Below, piece by piece: positions 1 through 9,818 of a stretch of 64,000 bases of DNA. The position numbers and the translations under genes were made by a program. The notes beneath the pieces are model-generated. The model did not search any database and was not told where the DNA came from. It saw only the letters and a program-made list of their open reading frames with translations. Positions within the stretch are counted from its first letter, which is position 1. Each line of letters starts with the position of its first letter. Origin of the DNA: an uncultured virus (IMG/VR IMGVR_UViG_3300024302_000003) (Duplodnaviria > Heunggongvirae > Uroviricota > Caudoviricetes); IMG/VR virus record IMGVR_UViG_3300024302_000003. One strand, written 5' to 3'.

Positions 1-504
1 GTCACACAGACTGTTGACGGCTCGATTTCAGTAGATAACTTTCCTGCTACACAAACTGTAGATGGTTCTGTAGACGCTAATGTTACATTTCCCGTCACAC
101 AGACTGTTGACGGCTCGATTTCAGTTGATAATCTCCCTAGTGATAAGAACTTAAGCACAGTAACTTTGGATTACGCAACCAATGGAGCAAACCCTGTAAC
201 AAACGACACTCTCATTGCAGCACCTGGGGCTGGAAGTAAAGTTGTTATCTACGGGTATCAGGTAGTTGCACAGGGCACTGGTGCGGGCTCTTCAGGGTCG
301 TGGGTTATCTCTAATGGAAATGCAGCGAACTCTGACTACAAAGGTTATGGTGTTGTACTTGGGAATGTCCCAACTTCCACGTGTATATCTTTCACCCACG
401 GGGTAGACCTCAGCGAAAATACTGCGTGCAACATGACTATAACAGAGACCTCTACACAAGTTTATTTAACAGGCGTATTATATTACCGTGTAGAAAGTAT
501 TTGA
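1..504 (+). CDS. 5'-truncated probable virion protein with (V/A)TQTVDGS repeats; C-terminal domain paralogous to 15085..15477
   Basis: Frame 1 is open from base 1 (VTQTVDGSISVDNFPATQTVDGS...) into the tracked ORF 166..504; exact 32-nt repeat at 1-32 and 94-125. Confidence 0.7.
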   Translation, partial: VTQTVDGSISVDNFPATQTVDGSVDANVTFPVTQTVDGSISVDNLPSDKNLSTVTLDYATNGANPVTNDTLIAAPGAGSKVVIYGYQVVAQGTGAGSSGSWVISNGNAANSDYKGYGVVLGNVPTSTCISFTHGVDLSENTACNMTITETSTQVYLTGVLYYRVESI

Positions 505-530
505 CTTTTGAGTTAACGCTATTCTATAAT
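501..530 (+). promoter_or_regulatory. sigma70-like promoter
   Basis: TTGACT (501-506), 18-nt spacer, TATAAT (525-530), upstream of ORF 571. Confidence 0.6.
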
Positions 531-570
531 CCTTTCTTACTAACCCTTCTCTTGTAACCCTTATAGGAAA

Positions 571-987
571 ATGAAGAAACATTTAGAAAGAGAGATTATA
601 GAAGCTAACCCTATCCTGTATCGAGGTGTTCACCTACCTCCTACTCGATCCCTCATGTATAGAGGTTTCGAATGTGGAGATGGTTGGTTTGCACTTCTCA
701 AAGAAGCATCTATTAAGACTGAGCGCCTGCTTAAGAAAATGCCAAAAAAAGAAAGACGCAATAACTATGCGATGCATGTCATAAGTAAACATGGCTGCTT
801 ACGTATCTATATGTCTCTAATTAATGAGCATATAGAAAAACTACTTAGTGAATTAGTAACTACTTCCTTGCATACCTGTGAGATATGTGGCAGTGAAGGT
901 TCGCGAAATAATGATAAAACCCGTTGTAAAGAACACCATGATGAAGCCTACGCAAGAAAGTTCACCACCAGAACTAAAACTCCCTGA
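571..987 (+). CDS. conserved phage hypothetical protein with C-terminal CxxC ribbon (paralog of 61722..62108)
   Basis: FECGDGW...SKHGCLRIY...TCEICG aligns with YEIGDGW...KEKYGGLRIY...TCEICG. Confidence 0.65.
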   Translation: MKKHLEREIIEANPILYRGVHLPPTRSLMYRGFECGDGWFALLKEASIKTERLLKKMPKKERRNNYAMHVISKHGCLRIYMSLINEHIEKLLSELVTTSLHTCEICGSEGSRNNDKTRCKEHHDEAYARKFTTRTKTP

Positions 988-1231
988 ACCTGAAAAATTC
1001 CAAACGGTTCTTATTTACTTCTCTAACGGCACTATAGGTTCTTTTACGGGAAAACCTATAGCAAGTCCAGAAAATGCAGAAAAAGAAAAACTATCTATTA
1101 CAGATATAAAGTTCCTTCCTCCGCAAGCTTTGCCTGAAGGATGTGTTTTTGAACTTATGGAGGAGTCAGAAAATGAGCTAGACTTGCCAGAAGTCATTGC
1201 TGGGGAAACTTCCGAAGAAAAAACGGAATAA
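878..1231 (+). CDS. hypothetical acidic protein (true start probably downstream of 878)
   Basis: ORF track; followed by terminator. Confidence 0.5.
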   Translation: MRYVAVKVREIMIKPVVKNTMMKPTQESSPPELKLPEPEKFQTVLIYFSNGTIGSFTGKPIASPENAEKEKLSITDIKFLPPQALPEGCVFELMEESENELDLPEVIAGETSEEKTE

Positions 1232-1250
1232 AAGTGTAATCCCCTTAAGG

Positions 1251-1290
1251 ACACAGGACTTAGTATTCTCTAGGTCCTGTGTTTCTTTTT
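1251..1290 (+). terminator. intrinsic terminator
   Basis: ACACAGGAC...GTCCTGTGT stem followed by TTCTTTTT. Confidence 0.7.
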
Positions 1291-1652
1291 ATCATGAACA
1301 AAACTAAAATAAAAAACTTTCTCCTTTTAATAGCAATAACTGTAATAAGCTATATATTGTTGTACCTCATCATCAGTTGTTCCAGTGTACATACAACGGA
1401 GAAGCCTTTAAATACAGTTTCTTGCAACTGCGTTGTTCCTGTAATAGCTAAACGTAAGTACAAAGGCCCTGAAGACACACTACCAAATGATACCGATAGA
1501 CGAAACTGAAAAATTCCTAGCCCTTTTAAATGAAATGCTTATGGTGTGGGAAAAAGAAAAAATGAATACAGCTTTTGATAATTTTAAAGACGAAGTAGAT
1601 TGGAAAAAAAATAAGGAGCGGTTAAGAGCTTTTATGAAACTAATGAACGAAA

Positions 1653-2081
1653 ATGCAGCAAACGACACTTGATCATGCTTATATGGATATGGCTATTAGA
1701 TGGAGTAAATTATCTAGAGCCGAGAGAAAAAAAGTAGGTGCTTTAATTGTTAAGGACGGTGCTATTATCAGTGATGGTTTTAATGGCACTCCTGCCGGGT
1801 TTAACAACCAATGTGAGTTTGTCCTAGAGAAAGAACTTGTAACGAAGCCAGAAGTCTTACATGCTGAATCTAATGCTATCCTTAAACTAGCTAAAGCCAC
1901 ACTTTCATCTGAAGGCGCTACTTTATATGTAACCTTATCCCCGTGTTTTGAATGCGCTAAGCTAATAATACAGAGTGGTATAATTCGAGTAGTATATGCA
2001 GAAAAATATAGAGAAGATAGAGGCTTGTGTCTGCTGGAAAAAGCAAATATAATAACTGAACAATGCAACCAGAACCCTTAA
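1653..2081 (+). CDS. dCMP deaminase (cytidine/deoxycytidylate deaminase family)
   Basis: KVGALIV, GFNG, HAE and PCFEC zinc motifs. Confidence 0.92.
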   Translation: MQQTTLDHAYMDMAIRWSKLSRAERKKVGALIVKDGAIISDGFNGTPAGFNNQCEFVLEKELVTKPEVLHAESNAILKLAKATLSSEGATLYVTLSPCFECAKLIIQSGIIRVVYAEKYREDRGLCLLEKANIITEQCNQNP

Positions 2082-2771
2082 ATGTATTAACCCTAGTAAA
2101 TAAAAAATCAGGTGAAAATAAAGTTTTGTGTGGTTTAGCCTTAAAAGAAGATGCTGTCAAATATAAACTAGACTATTTAAACAGATTACCCCAGAATGAG
2201 AGGATACTCTATGATATTAAAATTAGTGAGGTGAAATTATGGAAGAAACTATAACAATGGAACAGTTATTGCAGAATAATGATACTTCCTTTATTGAGAC
2301 TCAAGATACTATCAAAATGGCAGACGCTGAATTTTTATATAAATTAACTGTTATAGGTTTAAGCAGCAATGTTGATCAGCTTGGTATGGAGATAGGTAAT
2401 GCCGCTGCTAGTGAGCTCGCTAGACGAGCCCAGTTAGCAAGTGAACTTATAAAAAGAATAAAATAAAATGGACGATTCCCCTGAACGTGAACTCATGGAG
2501 ATTCCTCTTCTGGAATACCTCTACTTACTGGACATAGTAGACGAAGCTAAACAGCTATTCACTGAGCTCACATGGGCTGAAACACCCAATGAGCATTTAA
2601 TGTTCGTACGCTCGGATACGCCGGGCGGTCCTAAAGTCTTCAGGGATAGATTGCGTCGAAGTCTCATGTATTTAGATACATACAGGACTGAAGAATAGAC
2701 AATTTCTAGGAATAAATAGTACTAAGAACTAATTGAAAAACCATTTGGTTTTATGTATGCTTTTAGTTCAT

Positions 2772-2848
2772 GCACCCATAGCATAACTGGATAATGCCTC
2801 CGACTTCTAATCGGATGAGTTCAGGTTCGAATCCTGATGGGTGTGCCA
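2772..2848 (+). tRNA. tRNA-Arg(TCT)
   Basis: GCACCCA/TGGGTGT acceptor, anticodon arm TCCGA-CTTCTAA-TCGGA, GTTCGAATC T-loop, encoded CCA. Confidence 0.95.
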
Positions 2849-2855
2849 TAAACAC

Positions 2856-2931
2856 GGGGTTGTAGTCCAACGGCAGAGACATCGGACTTAAAATCCGTCC
2901 AGTATGGGTTCGAATCCCATCAGCCCTACCA
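2856..2931 (+). tRNA. tRNA-Leu(TAA), short variable loop
   Basis: GGGGTTG/CAGCCCT acceptor, anticodon loop CTTAAAA, GTTCGAATC, discriminator A plus CCA. Confidence 0.9.
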
Positions 2932-2944
2932 AGCCTTTTTAAAC

Positions 2945-3322
2945 ATGCGTAAAGAAAATTGCCCCTTTTGTGAGAAAATAAAAAATAAAGACTACGTACT
3001 TAAAGTGCGTGATTTCTATATCTTAGAAGATGCATATCCAGTTACACCCGGACATAAGCTGGTAGTGTCAGATAGACACATAGAATCTTTCTATGCACTC
3101 GATCAGGATGAGCTCCATCAACTTGGTTATGTGATAGAAATGGCTACCTTACAGCAAGCCGATGCTGACGGATTCAATATAGGCTTTAACGAAGGTGAAG
3201 CGGCAGGTAAAACTGTGCCTCATTTTCACATACACATAATCCCTCGTTCTTTTGGAGATACTGAAGAGCCTACGGGGGGAGTAAGAAACGTGATCCCTGG
3301 AAAAGGGTCATACGAAAAATGA
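2945..3322 (+). CDS. HIT-family nucleotide hydrolase
   Basis: CPFC, YPVTPGH and HFHIH histidine triad. Confidence 0.92.
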   Translation: MRKENCPFCEKIKNKDYVLKVRDFYILEDAYPVTPGHKLVVSDRHIESFYALDQDELHQLGYVIEMATLQQADADGFNIGFNEGEAAGKTVPHFHIHIIPRSFGDTEEPTGGVRNVIPGKGSYEK

Positions 3323-3606
3323 CTAGTTCTGATACCCGAAACCATACAGATAAGACCAATGAATCTTCTTATTGGTCTTATCGTGTTTTTAACCACGCTC
3401 CGGATATCTGGAGTATCGAAATGGTACTCTTTGATAAAGATGGACAGCCTTGTTCGCATACCACTAAGGGCACTGACGCAGGGACATTTAACGCTTTTGA
3501 TAGAGACGATCTTGAAGGGGATCTAATCCGGATGATGCAGGCCTTTGACCACCCCACCCTTACCCCTGATGACTTTGACTACGCCTAATCTTGGAGGAGT
3601 TTTTAA

Positions 3607-4380
3607 ATGATTAAATTACACATACTTTCTGATCTTCATGTAGAGTTTTCGCCCTTCGTGATCCCTATAGTAGATGCTGATTACTTAATACTAGCAGGAG
3701 ACTGTGGGGTAGGTACTGGCGCCTTAGATATGCTATTTGAAGCTGCACCTAGGTATAAAAAAGTCTTTTATATTATGGGTAATCATGAGTATTATGGTGG
3801 GGATTTACTTTACACATTAAGTGATTTATTTGAAAGTGTGCGTAAGTATAATGTTTCTAAGAATAACATCCGTATTTTACATAACTCTAGTGATCTCATA
3901 ACCGATTCGGAAAGTAAGGAGCTATGCCGCATAACTGGTTCTACCTTATGGACCGATTTCTATAATAAAGATCCTCTGCAAGTAACTACCGCTAAATTCT
4001 GTTTGAATGATTTTACTGGAAATATAAAATTTGATGAAGCGTCTTTTACAATAGATAAATGTATTGAGGTTCATGACGTATGTAAAACCTACCTTAAATG
4101 GACTGTAGAAAGAGCAGATGCAAGCTATAAAGATATTATTGTTACTCATCATATGCCTTCTAGACACTTGGTGGCAGATGCATATAAAGACTCCCCTTTA
4201 AATGGTTCCTTTGCTTCTGACTGTGATGAAATTATGTCTAAAGCTAAGTTATGGATATGTGGTCACTCCCATCATACTGTAGATACAGAATTACATGGGT
4301 GTAGGGTTGTAATGAATCCTCGAGGCTATCCACATGAAAATAATAAAGGGTTCAACCCAGAACTGGTAATAGAGATATAA
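3607..4380 (+). CDS. calcineurin-like metallophosphoesterase
   Basis: SDLH, AGD, GNHE, THH and GHSH motifs. Confidence 0.9.
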   Translation: MIKLHILSDLHVEFSPFVIPIVDADYLILAGDCGVGTGALDMLFEAAPRYKKVFYIMGNHEYYGGDLLYTLSDLFESVRKYNVSKNNIRILHNSSDLITDSESKELCRITGSTLWTDFYNKDPLQVTTAKFCLNDFTGNIKFDEASFTIDKCIEVHDVCKTYLKWTVERADASYKDIIVTHHMPSRHLVADAYKDSPLNGSFASDCDEIMSKAKLWICGHSHHTVDTELHGCRVVMNPRGYPHENNKGFNPELVIEI

Positions 4381-4456
4381 GTATCGGAATGCGACGACAA
4401 AAGTTTTAAGACCTCCTACTCACTTCGTTTCTGCAGCCTAAGCCTCACTTAATCCC

Positions 4457-5170
4457 ATGATTCAAACTTGCACAAAATGCGCTAAACTATTTCATAATCT
4501 AACCGAGGTTAAAAGCCCTGAAGGTAAAATTTATCTACGAGTCTCTGATAACAGAACGCGTTGTTTTAAATGTTCCCCTAAACAAAAAAGAGTCCACAGG
4601 AAACAGGTAATTAAAACATGTAAAAAATGTGGACACGTTTTTGAACTAGAGCGTGGCAAGAGACTAAGGAAAGATAAAGAAGGAACAGAATATTATTGGC
4701 CTATGAATCGTAAGAACTGTTATGCCTGTATGCCAGATCAGAAAAGAAAAAACCCTGTTATGAAAGGTGTTCAGCATAGGAAATGCTATATATGTAAACG
4801 TCTAAAGGTTGTCACCGAGTTCTATGTTCGCTCGGATAGAACTACCCCTGCAGCGGGATGTAAAAAATGCCACTCTGATAGAAGTAAAGACAGAGCAGTT
4901 CTTTTTATGCTACGGGCTAGGAATCAAAAAGGATGTAGGTGTGAGTGCTGTGCCTCAAAAGATTTACTTAGCTTCTATCAACCTTCCCATGTGCCTAAAG
5001 GTGAACGTATCAATAAAATTAAAACACGCTCTTGGGCTAACCCTAAAACACAAGCGTCATTAAACGAGGCTTATTTGCTATGTTTCGAGTGTCGAGCTAG
5101 ACTAATAAAAGGTCTGGAACTGTGGCTTGAGTATCGTAAAGCAGGCAGGAAAAAACTAAAGCATCTCTAA
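4457..5170 (+). CDS. Cys-rich multi zinc-ribbon basic protein (degenerate HNH-like)
   Basis: Eight CxxC pairs, very basic; no intact HNH catalytic His seen. Confidence 0.55.
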   Translation: MIQTCTKCAKLFHNLTEVKSPEGKIYLRVSDNRTRCFKCSPKQKRVHRKQVIKTCKKCGHVFELERGKRLRKDKEGTEYYWPMNRKNCYACMPDQKRKNPVMKGVQHRKCYICKRLKVVTEFYVRSDRTTPAAGCKKCHSDRSKDRAVLFMLRARNQKGCRCECCASKDLLSFYQPSHVPKGERINKIKTRSWANPKTQASLNEAYLLCFECRARLIKGLELWLEYRKAGRKKLKHL

Positions 5171-5256
5171 AACAAGGTTGTCATTGTACCTTAGCTCTTG
5201 CGAAAAACAGTGACTTAGGACGGGCCTGGTGGGAGCCCTAATCTCACCAACTCTTA

Positions 5257-5589
5257 ATGAAAACTAAATTCAAAAACTGGAAAACTGTAAAAAGTTTGCG
5301 TGATGCTGAAAAGCTCACAACATTACTACAAGAAAAATACCCGGAGCTTCTTTTCAGGGTTAAAACAAACTCCTGGAAAGGTAAAGATAAAAAAACATAT
5401 TCTGTACAAAATATAGTAAGAAAGGGCTGTAAGAGAGATCTTACTTATTTGGGTCCTATTCAAGATAAGCTTACGGAGGCATTAGGGAGAGGTCCTAGTA
5501 CTGATGAGCTAGTAGAAGCAGCCGGTATACCTTTAAGGGCTCTTAAAAAGTTCTTTGCACGTAAAGAGCTTTTCGCGTCTATAGCTTAG
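5257..5589 (+). CDS. hypothetical basic protein, possible C-terminal helix-turn-helix
   Basis: LGRGPSTDELVEAAGIP resembles an HTH segment; last 15 nt overlap tRNA-Gly. Confidence 0.45.
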   Translation: MKTKFKNWKTVKSLRDAEKLTTLLQEKYPELLFRVKTNSWKGKDKKTYSVQNIVRKGCKRDLTYLGPIQDKLTEALGRGPSTDELVEAAGIPLRALKKFFARKELFASIA

Positions 5590-5648
5590 AGGTAAAGCTC
5601 CAGCCTTCCAAGCTGGTCACGGGGGTTCAATTCCCCCTAGACGCTCCA
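5575..5648 (+). tRNA. tRNA-Gly(TCC)
   Basis: GCGTCTA/TAGACGC acceptor, CCAGC-CTTCCAA-GCTGG anticodon arm, GTTCAATTC, CCA. Confidence 0.95.
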
Positions 5649-5652
5649 AAAT

Positions 5653-5688
5653 GAGCTTACTGCTATACAGCGGTAAGCTCTTTCTTTT
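5653..5688 (+). terminator. intrinsic terminator after tRNA-Gly
   Basis: GAGCTTACTGCT/AGCGGTAAGCTC stem plus TTTCTTTT. Confidence 0.8.
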
Positions 5689-5715
5689 ACATAAATAACC
5701 TGTTATACTGAAAAC

Positions 5716-6108
5716 ATGAAAGAACTTACATTGTATGAAGAGAACGAGCTGCTTAAAGAGATGCTAGAAACATACGCAGGAGGTTTGGAGGATCACGGTC
5801 TACAAGCCGCTGAACGTTTAAAATATATAGCTTTATTTGAGATTAGTAAACAATGTACACGTTGTGGAGACTTAGTACCTGAATCCGCTATGCGAAAGGA
5901 TAATAGAAGGGAAGGAGGTCTCGGTTGTTGGTGTAAAACCTGTGATAGAGAAGATAATAAAATGAGACGTTCAATGAAACATAAGCCAACAAAAGCTTTA
6001 GAAATATCTTTAAAAAAATTAGAAAAACTCGCCATGAAAGATCTCAGAGAGATATCTTTTCAATGGGGTCTTGTGTGGAAAAACATAGAAAGGATTAAAA
6101 ATGAATAA
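5716..6108 (+). CDS. hypothetical protein with CxxC...CxxC zinc ribbon
   Basis: CTRC...CWCKTC; TGTTATACT 6 nt before the ATG. Confidence 0.55.
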   Translation: MKELTLYEENELLKEMLETYAGGLEDHGLQAAERLKYIALFEISKQCTRCGDLVPESAMRKDNRREGGLGCWCKTCDREDNKMRRSMKHKPTKALEISLKKLEKLAMKDLREISFQWGLVWKNIERIKNE

Positions 6109-6370
6109 ATCTAGAGTCGTATGCGCTGTACGCTGCTCCCACTGCCAAGAATTTGGTACATTTACCGCTTATACAAAAACAGAAGGACACTTTAATGGTG
6201 TATTTATATGCCTCGTTTGCCGCAACAAAGGGGTAACTTTTGAAGCTAGTATTGAAGAGGAGGTTGAAAAAACGCCTTGCAAGAAAGCTAAAAAGAAAAG
6301 ACGTGTAAAGAAAAAACCTGATAATATCACTACGTTATTAGTCAATAAACCGGCTAAGAAACCTAAATAG
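6101..6370 (+). CDS. small zinc-ribbon protein
   Basis: CSHC...CLVC, basic tail. Confidence 0.5.
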   Translation: MNKSRVVCAVRCSHCQEFGTFTAYTKTEGHFNGVFICLVCRNKGVTFEASIEEEVEKTPCKKAKKKRRVKKKPDNITTLLVNKPAKKPK

Positions 6371-7913
6371 CATCTATAATTAAGTTCCCTGTAGCAATCT
6401 CCCCCGCGATCAAGCCATACATTAATGAATGGAAAAAATCGTCGGGAGCTACATGGACATACTTTAACTGTGTTTTTTGCACGCCAGCTTCATCTGGATC
6501 TTCTGCTTTAATGGATAAGATATCTTTTGCAAAAGTACCGAAATCCTCGAAACGCGGAAACCTTATCCGCTCCTCTAAAATCATGTTAAATACTCTCGAC
6601 ATCATATTTGAGCGATTGATAACATAGCGCCCAGTAGCATCTAGAATAATAGGAGCAGCTCCTACAGACGAAAATACAGTACGCACTTCTCCGTGCGTAT
6701 ATTTAAGCTTTATTTGTGCATTCTGTAAGTGCCCAAAACCCCAATCACAAGAAACAGCCTTAGGTCTAAAACGATGCAGCTCTTCTAGAATTAACTCCAT
6801 CTGTCTATTGGCATCAGCTTCTACTCCCGAGAATCTTTTTGAACGCAACATGGTCCATTTGCCACCTATGTGAGCAACAAAAGTTAATACTGTGTAGGAT
6901 TTTAAGCCTGTACCCCAATCAATACCTGCATAGATAGGAGCTTGCACACCCTGTGGAATTACGCCTCCTTTAAGCATTTGAAACTTATCGTCGCAACATT
7001 TCCGTATGTGTTTCTCTGTGACAGGTGCACCCATGGATTCATAAGGAAGAGCTATTACCTCATTCAAAAAACGCTTGGGAGCATAACGCTCTTGCTTATC
7101 TAGAATATCTTCTGTGGTTAACCAAGGAACCATTAACTGGCTAGTTCTATATCCTTTATATTTACCGCCCTCATGAGCAGTTACCCATTCACCCTGGCTT
7201 CTGTCTAGAATAACTCCACATGTTTTACAGTGAATGCCATCTACTTCTACAAAATTTACGATGTCATGATCTTGCCGGACCCAATGCCCATTCTTACATT
7301 TAAATATAAACTCTGTTTGATCAGAAAACTTCCATACCTGATCTAAAGCATCCTGAGCTACATCTGGTGTGCCTGCATATAATCTTCCCTTGAAAGGCGA
7401 GTGAGAAATGCACTCTTCCATGACGGGTAGAAAATCAGGATTAATATGTTGTACTTCATCTACACAGAGATAATCTGCCGATATGCCTCGGATACGGTCA
7501 GCATTTTTATATGCCGATTTTAACACAATACGAGACCCATTTCTTAATTCTTTTGAATACACATTATCTACTACTGGAATTTTTCCCCAAAAGTGGTTTT
7601 GTATTAATGGTGAATATTTTAATTTCGGATCTAACTTATCTATTGAAAACTCTTTTGTTTGTGCATCGGCTGGTGTTACATAAAGAGTCCTAAATCTTCT
7701 TTTTGTAATACTGTTTAAAATAATCTTATTAGCTATAGTAGTAGATTTTTCAGACTGCCTTCCAAAATACAATACCATAATATTATCTTGATTATCGTAA
7801 ACAGGCTTAAGATAATCTCTACCCTTAAACGAAAATGGAAACTCCATATCGATATAGAAGGAGCTCTCAACGAGTTCGCTTGGTTTTATAGAGACAACAG
7901 GTTTAGATGTCAT
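6363..7913 (-). CDS. terL: terminase large subunit (lambda GpA-like ATPase plus RNase H-like nuclease)
   Basis: GRQSEKST Walker A variant, RGISADYLCVDEVQ Walker B, GTP coupling motif, zinc ribbon, AGIDWG and PDDFFHS nuclease motifs. Confidence 0.88.
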   Translation of the reverse strand: MTSKPVVSIKPSELVESSFYIDMEFPFSFKGRDYLKPVYDNQDNIMVLYFGRQSEKSTTIANKIILNSITKRRFRTLYVTPADAQTKEFSIDKLDPKLKYSPLIQNHFWGKIPVVDNVYSKELRNGSRIVLKSAYKNADRIRGISADYLCVDEVQHINPDFLPVMEECISHSPFKGRLYAGTPDVAQDALDQVWKFSDQTEFIFKCKNGHWVRQDHDIVNFVEVDGIHCKTCGVILDRSQGEWVTAHEGGKYKGYRTSQLMVPWLTTEDILDKQERYAPKRFLNEVIALPYESMGAPVTEKHIRKCCDDKFQMLKGGVIPQGVQAPIYAGIDWGTGLKSYTVLTFVAHIGGKWTMLRSKRFSGVEADANRQMELILEELHRFRPKAVSCDWGFGHLQNAQIKLKYTHGEVRTVFSSVGAAPIILDATGRYVINRSNMMSRVFNMILEERIRFPRFEDFGTFAKDILSIKAEDPDEAGVQKTQLKYVHVAPDDFFHSLMYGLIAGEIATGNLIIDAI

Positions 7914-8772
7914 TTACTAAAGAGTACTCTAAAGCCTTGTCTATAACAAATTTAGCTCTGTTCCTGGTCATGTGATATTTAAGAGCATGCTCCCGCCCTT
8001 TTTTACCTATAGTTTCTATATCTATTGAATCTAAGTTATTAAAAATATCTACAAGTTCTGAAGGGTGTGTAAAGAAGATAACGTTCTCCATATGAGTAAA
8101 AGGATGAGCCATCTCTAGATCTAATTGCTCAGATATAACACAAGCGCCTGTAGAGAGTGCTTCCCAGAAACGAGCAGTATCTTGCCCCCACCCTATAGAC
8201 GAGATAATAACTTTGGCTCTATTTAAATGCTTATAATAATCATCGGAACCTTGCACCGTAACTGAATGCCTAAATTTACCAACCCTGCCTACTTTAATAG
8301 GTAGATTGAATTCCTTTATGTAACGAATGATTTCTCGTCTATTAGGATACTCCCCCGCAGAGGGGAAAATACATAAATCTTCTTTTTGTTCATTATAGTG
8401 TTTTAAGTAGTTAGAATATAAACCGAAAGGCAGAGGAAACTCATGTGACAGTCGCCTGTTCCAAGGAAGCACTTCTCTTCTAAAATAAAGCTTATACTTT
8501 TCTGGGTACCTGAAACAACCCCATTCTTGGTTATAGGGGTGGTTATCGAAAAAGTCCTCTCCGTTTATATAGATAGGGCAGAGATCATTTGTAAGGCTAA
8601 TAGCTGCAGTTAAATTTGAGTCTACCCCTCTATTGGCATGTTCAATCAGTAAATTATAAACCTTAGAGGGCACTGGTTTTCTATCCACCTCATGACCTAG
8701 CTCCACAAAACCTTCAATGATATTAGCCGTGTGCATATCATTTAGAGGACTAGTAACACAGGCGATTTTCAC
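7903..8772 (-). CDS. GT-B glycosyltransferase (Glyco_trans_1_2/CgeB-like)
   Basis: YYKHLNRAKVIIS...TARFWEALSTGACVIS...IGKKGREHALKYH C-terminal signature; GTG start. Confidence 0.75.
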   Translation of the reverse strand: MKIACVTSPLNDMHTANIIEGFVELGHEVDRKPVPSKVYNLLIEHANRGVDSNLTAAISLTNDLCPIYINGEDFFDNHPYNQEWGCFRYPEKYKLYFRREVLPWNRRLSHEFPLPFGLYSNYLKHYNEQKEDLCIFPSAGEYPNRREIIRYIKEFNLPIKVGRVGKFRHSVTVQGSDDYYKHLNRAKVIISSIGWGQDTARFWEALSTGACVISEQLDLEMAHPFTHMENVIFFTHPSELVDIFNNLDSIDIETIGKKGREHALKYHMTRNRAKFVIDKALEYSLVNDI

Positions 8773-9428
8773 CTTTATAGTATAACAAAAAAGACTAAAA
8801 ACTAAAGACCAAATAAGGTATAAAACTATATCTAGAGAGAATCTAGATACAAAAAGAGGATGGGACTATAGCTTATGTGTGTCAAAGCGTTACGTTGCAT
8901 CAAATGCATAGAGCTGCAGACTTATGAATTAAGATGTAGTAGACTACGTAAAGAAGGGGGCGCAAACCCCTCTAGTTCCTACTTCTCTTTTTTATAGTAG
9001 GTTTTGTATCCATTTTTTTGTATAAATGGGGCGCTTGTTGTACCGACGATGGTGCTCTTCCAATAGCTCATCATACTCACTCTTCTTCAGCTTAGGTAGC
9101 GTGATAGCCGTCAACACGCTTAGCAATAAGAGACCTTTTAAGAGATCGTCTTTGCCTTGTTTTGTTTTAGGAAATAATCTAGTAATATGACGCATTATTC
9201 TACTTCTATATTGAGGTCCACTAAGTCAGAGAAAACCTCAGTTTGTTTCTCTAATTGTACCTTAATTTTATTTTCACTCAACATAGCATAAATATATTCT
9301 ATATTCTCTTTTTTAGTAGGATTTTTTAACTTATCTTTATCATACGAAAGATCCATAAGGCCCCTACTCTCTTTTACTTTTGAAAGTAGACGAGCTAACC
9401 TTTTATGGTACCTATCATATGTAGCCAT

Positions 9429-9818
9429 TTAATCATCTAAAATAAGAGAATACCTAACATCGGTATCCGTTAAAGCTTCTAGCTCTTTGAGCTTACTCTC
9501 AATATCTGTAAGTTCTATAATCTTAGCCTGCGCAAGACAAGCGCTAGTAAGAGCTGTCATTAACTTGGGATTCACATTCCCCCAAATTAATTGAGGGATC
9601 ATTATACCCATTACATCCCTAACCTGTTCTAAAGAATTTACCGTTGGTGGGATGGAATCTAAGGCATAGCTAGGCGCACCCTGCTCCTCTGGGACATCCT
9701 CGCCGAGAATGACTTCGTTGTAATGCTCCACGCAGTAGTCCTGTCGCCCGAAGACTGGCTTATCACACCTATCGCCATCATCGAACATAAACCTACACGT
9801 GTGTTTCGGTCCTGGCAT
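9429..9818 (-). CDS. zinc-finger/coiled-coil protein, possibly small terminase-like
   Basis: C-x9-C...CVEH finger and DIESKLKELE tail; upstream of terL in the same orientation. Confidence 0.35.
   Translation of the reverse strand: MPGPKHTCRFMFDDGDRCDKPVFGRQDYCVEHYNEVILGEDVPEEQGAPSYALDSIPPTVNSLEQVRDVMGIMIPQLIWGNVNPKLMTALTSACLAQAKIIELTDIESKLKELEALTDTDVRYSLILDD

Noticed and set aside
4391..4441. tmRNA tag-like frame ATTKVLRPPTHFVSAA-stop
   Set aside because: No tRNA-like domain or room for a tmRNA in this 76-nt gap; probably chance
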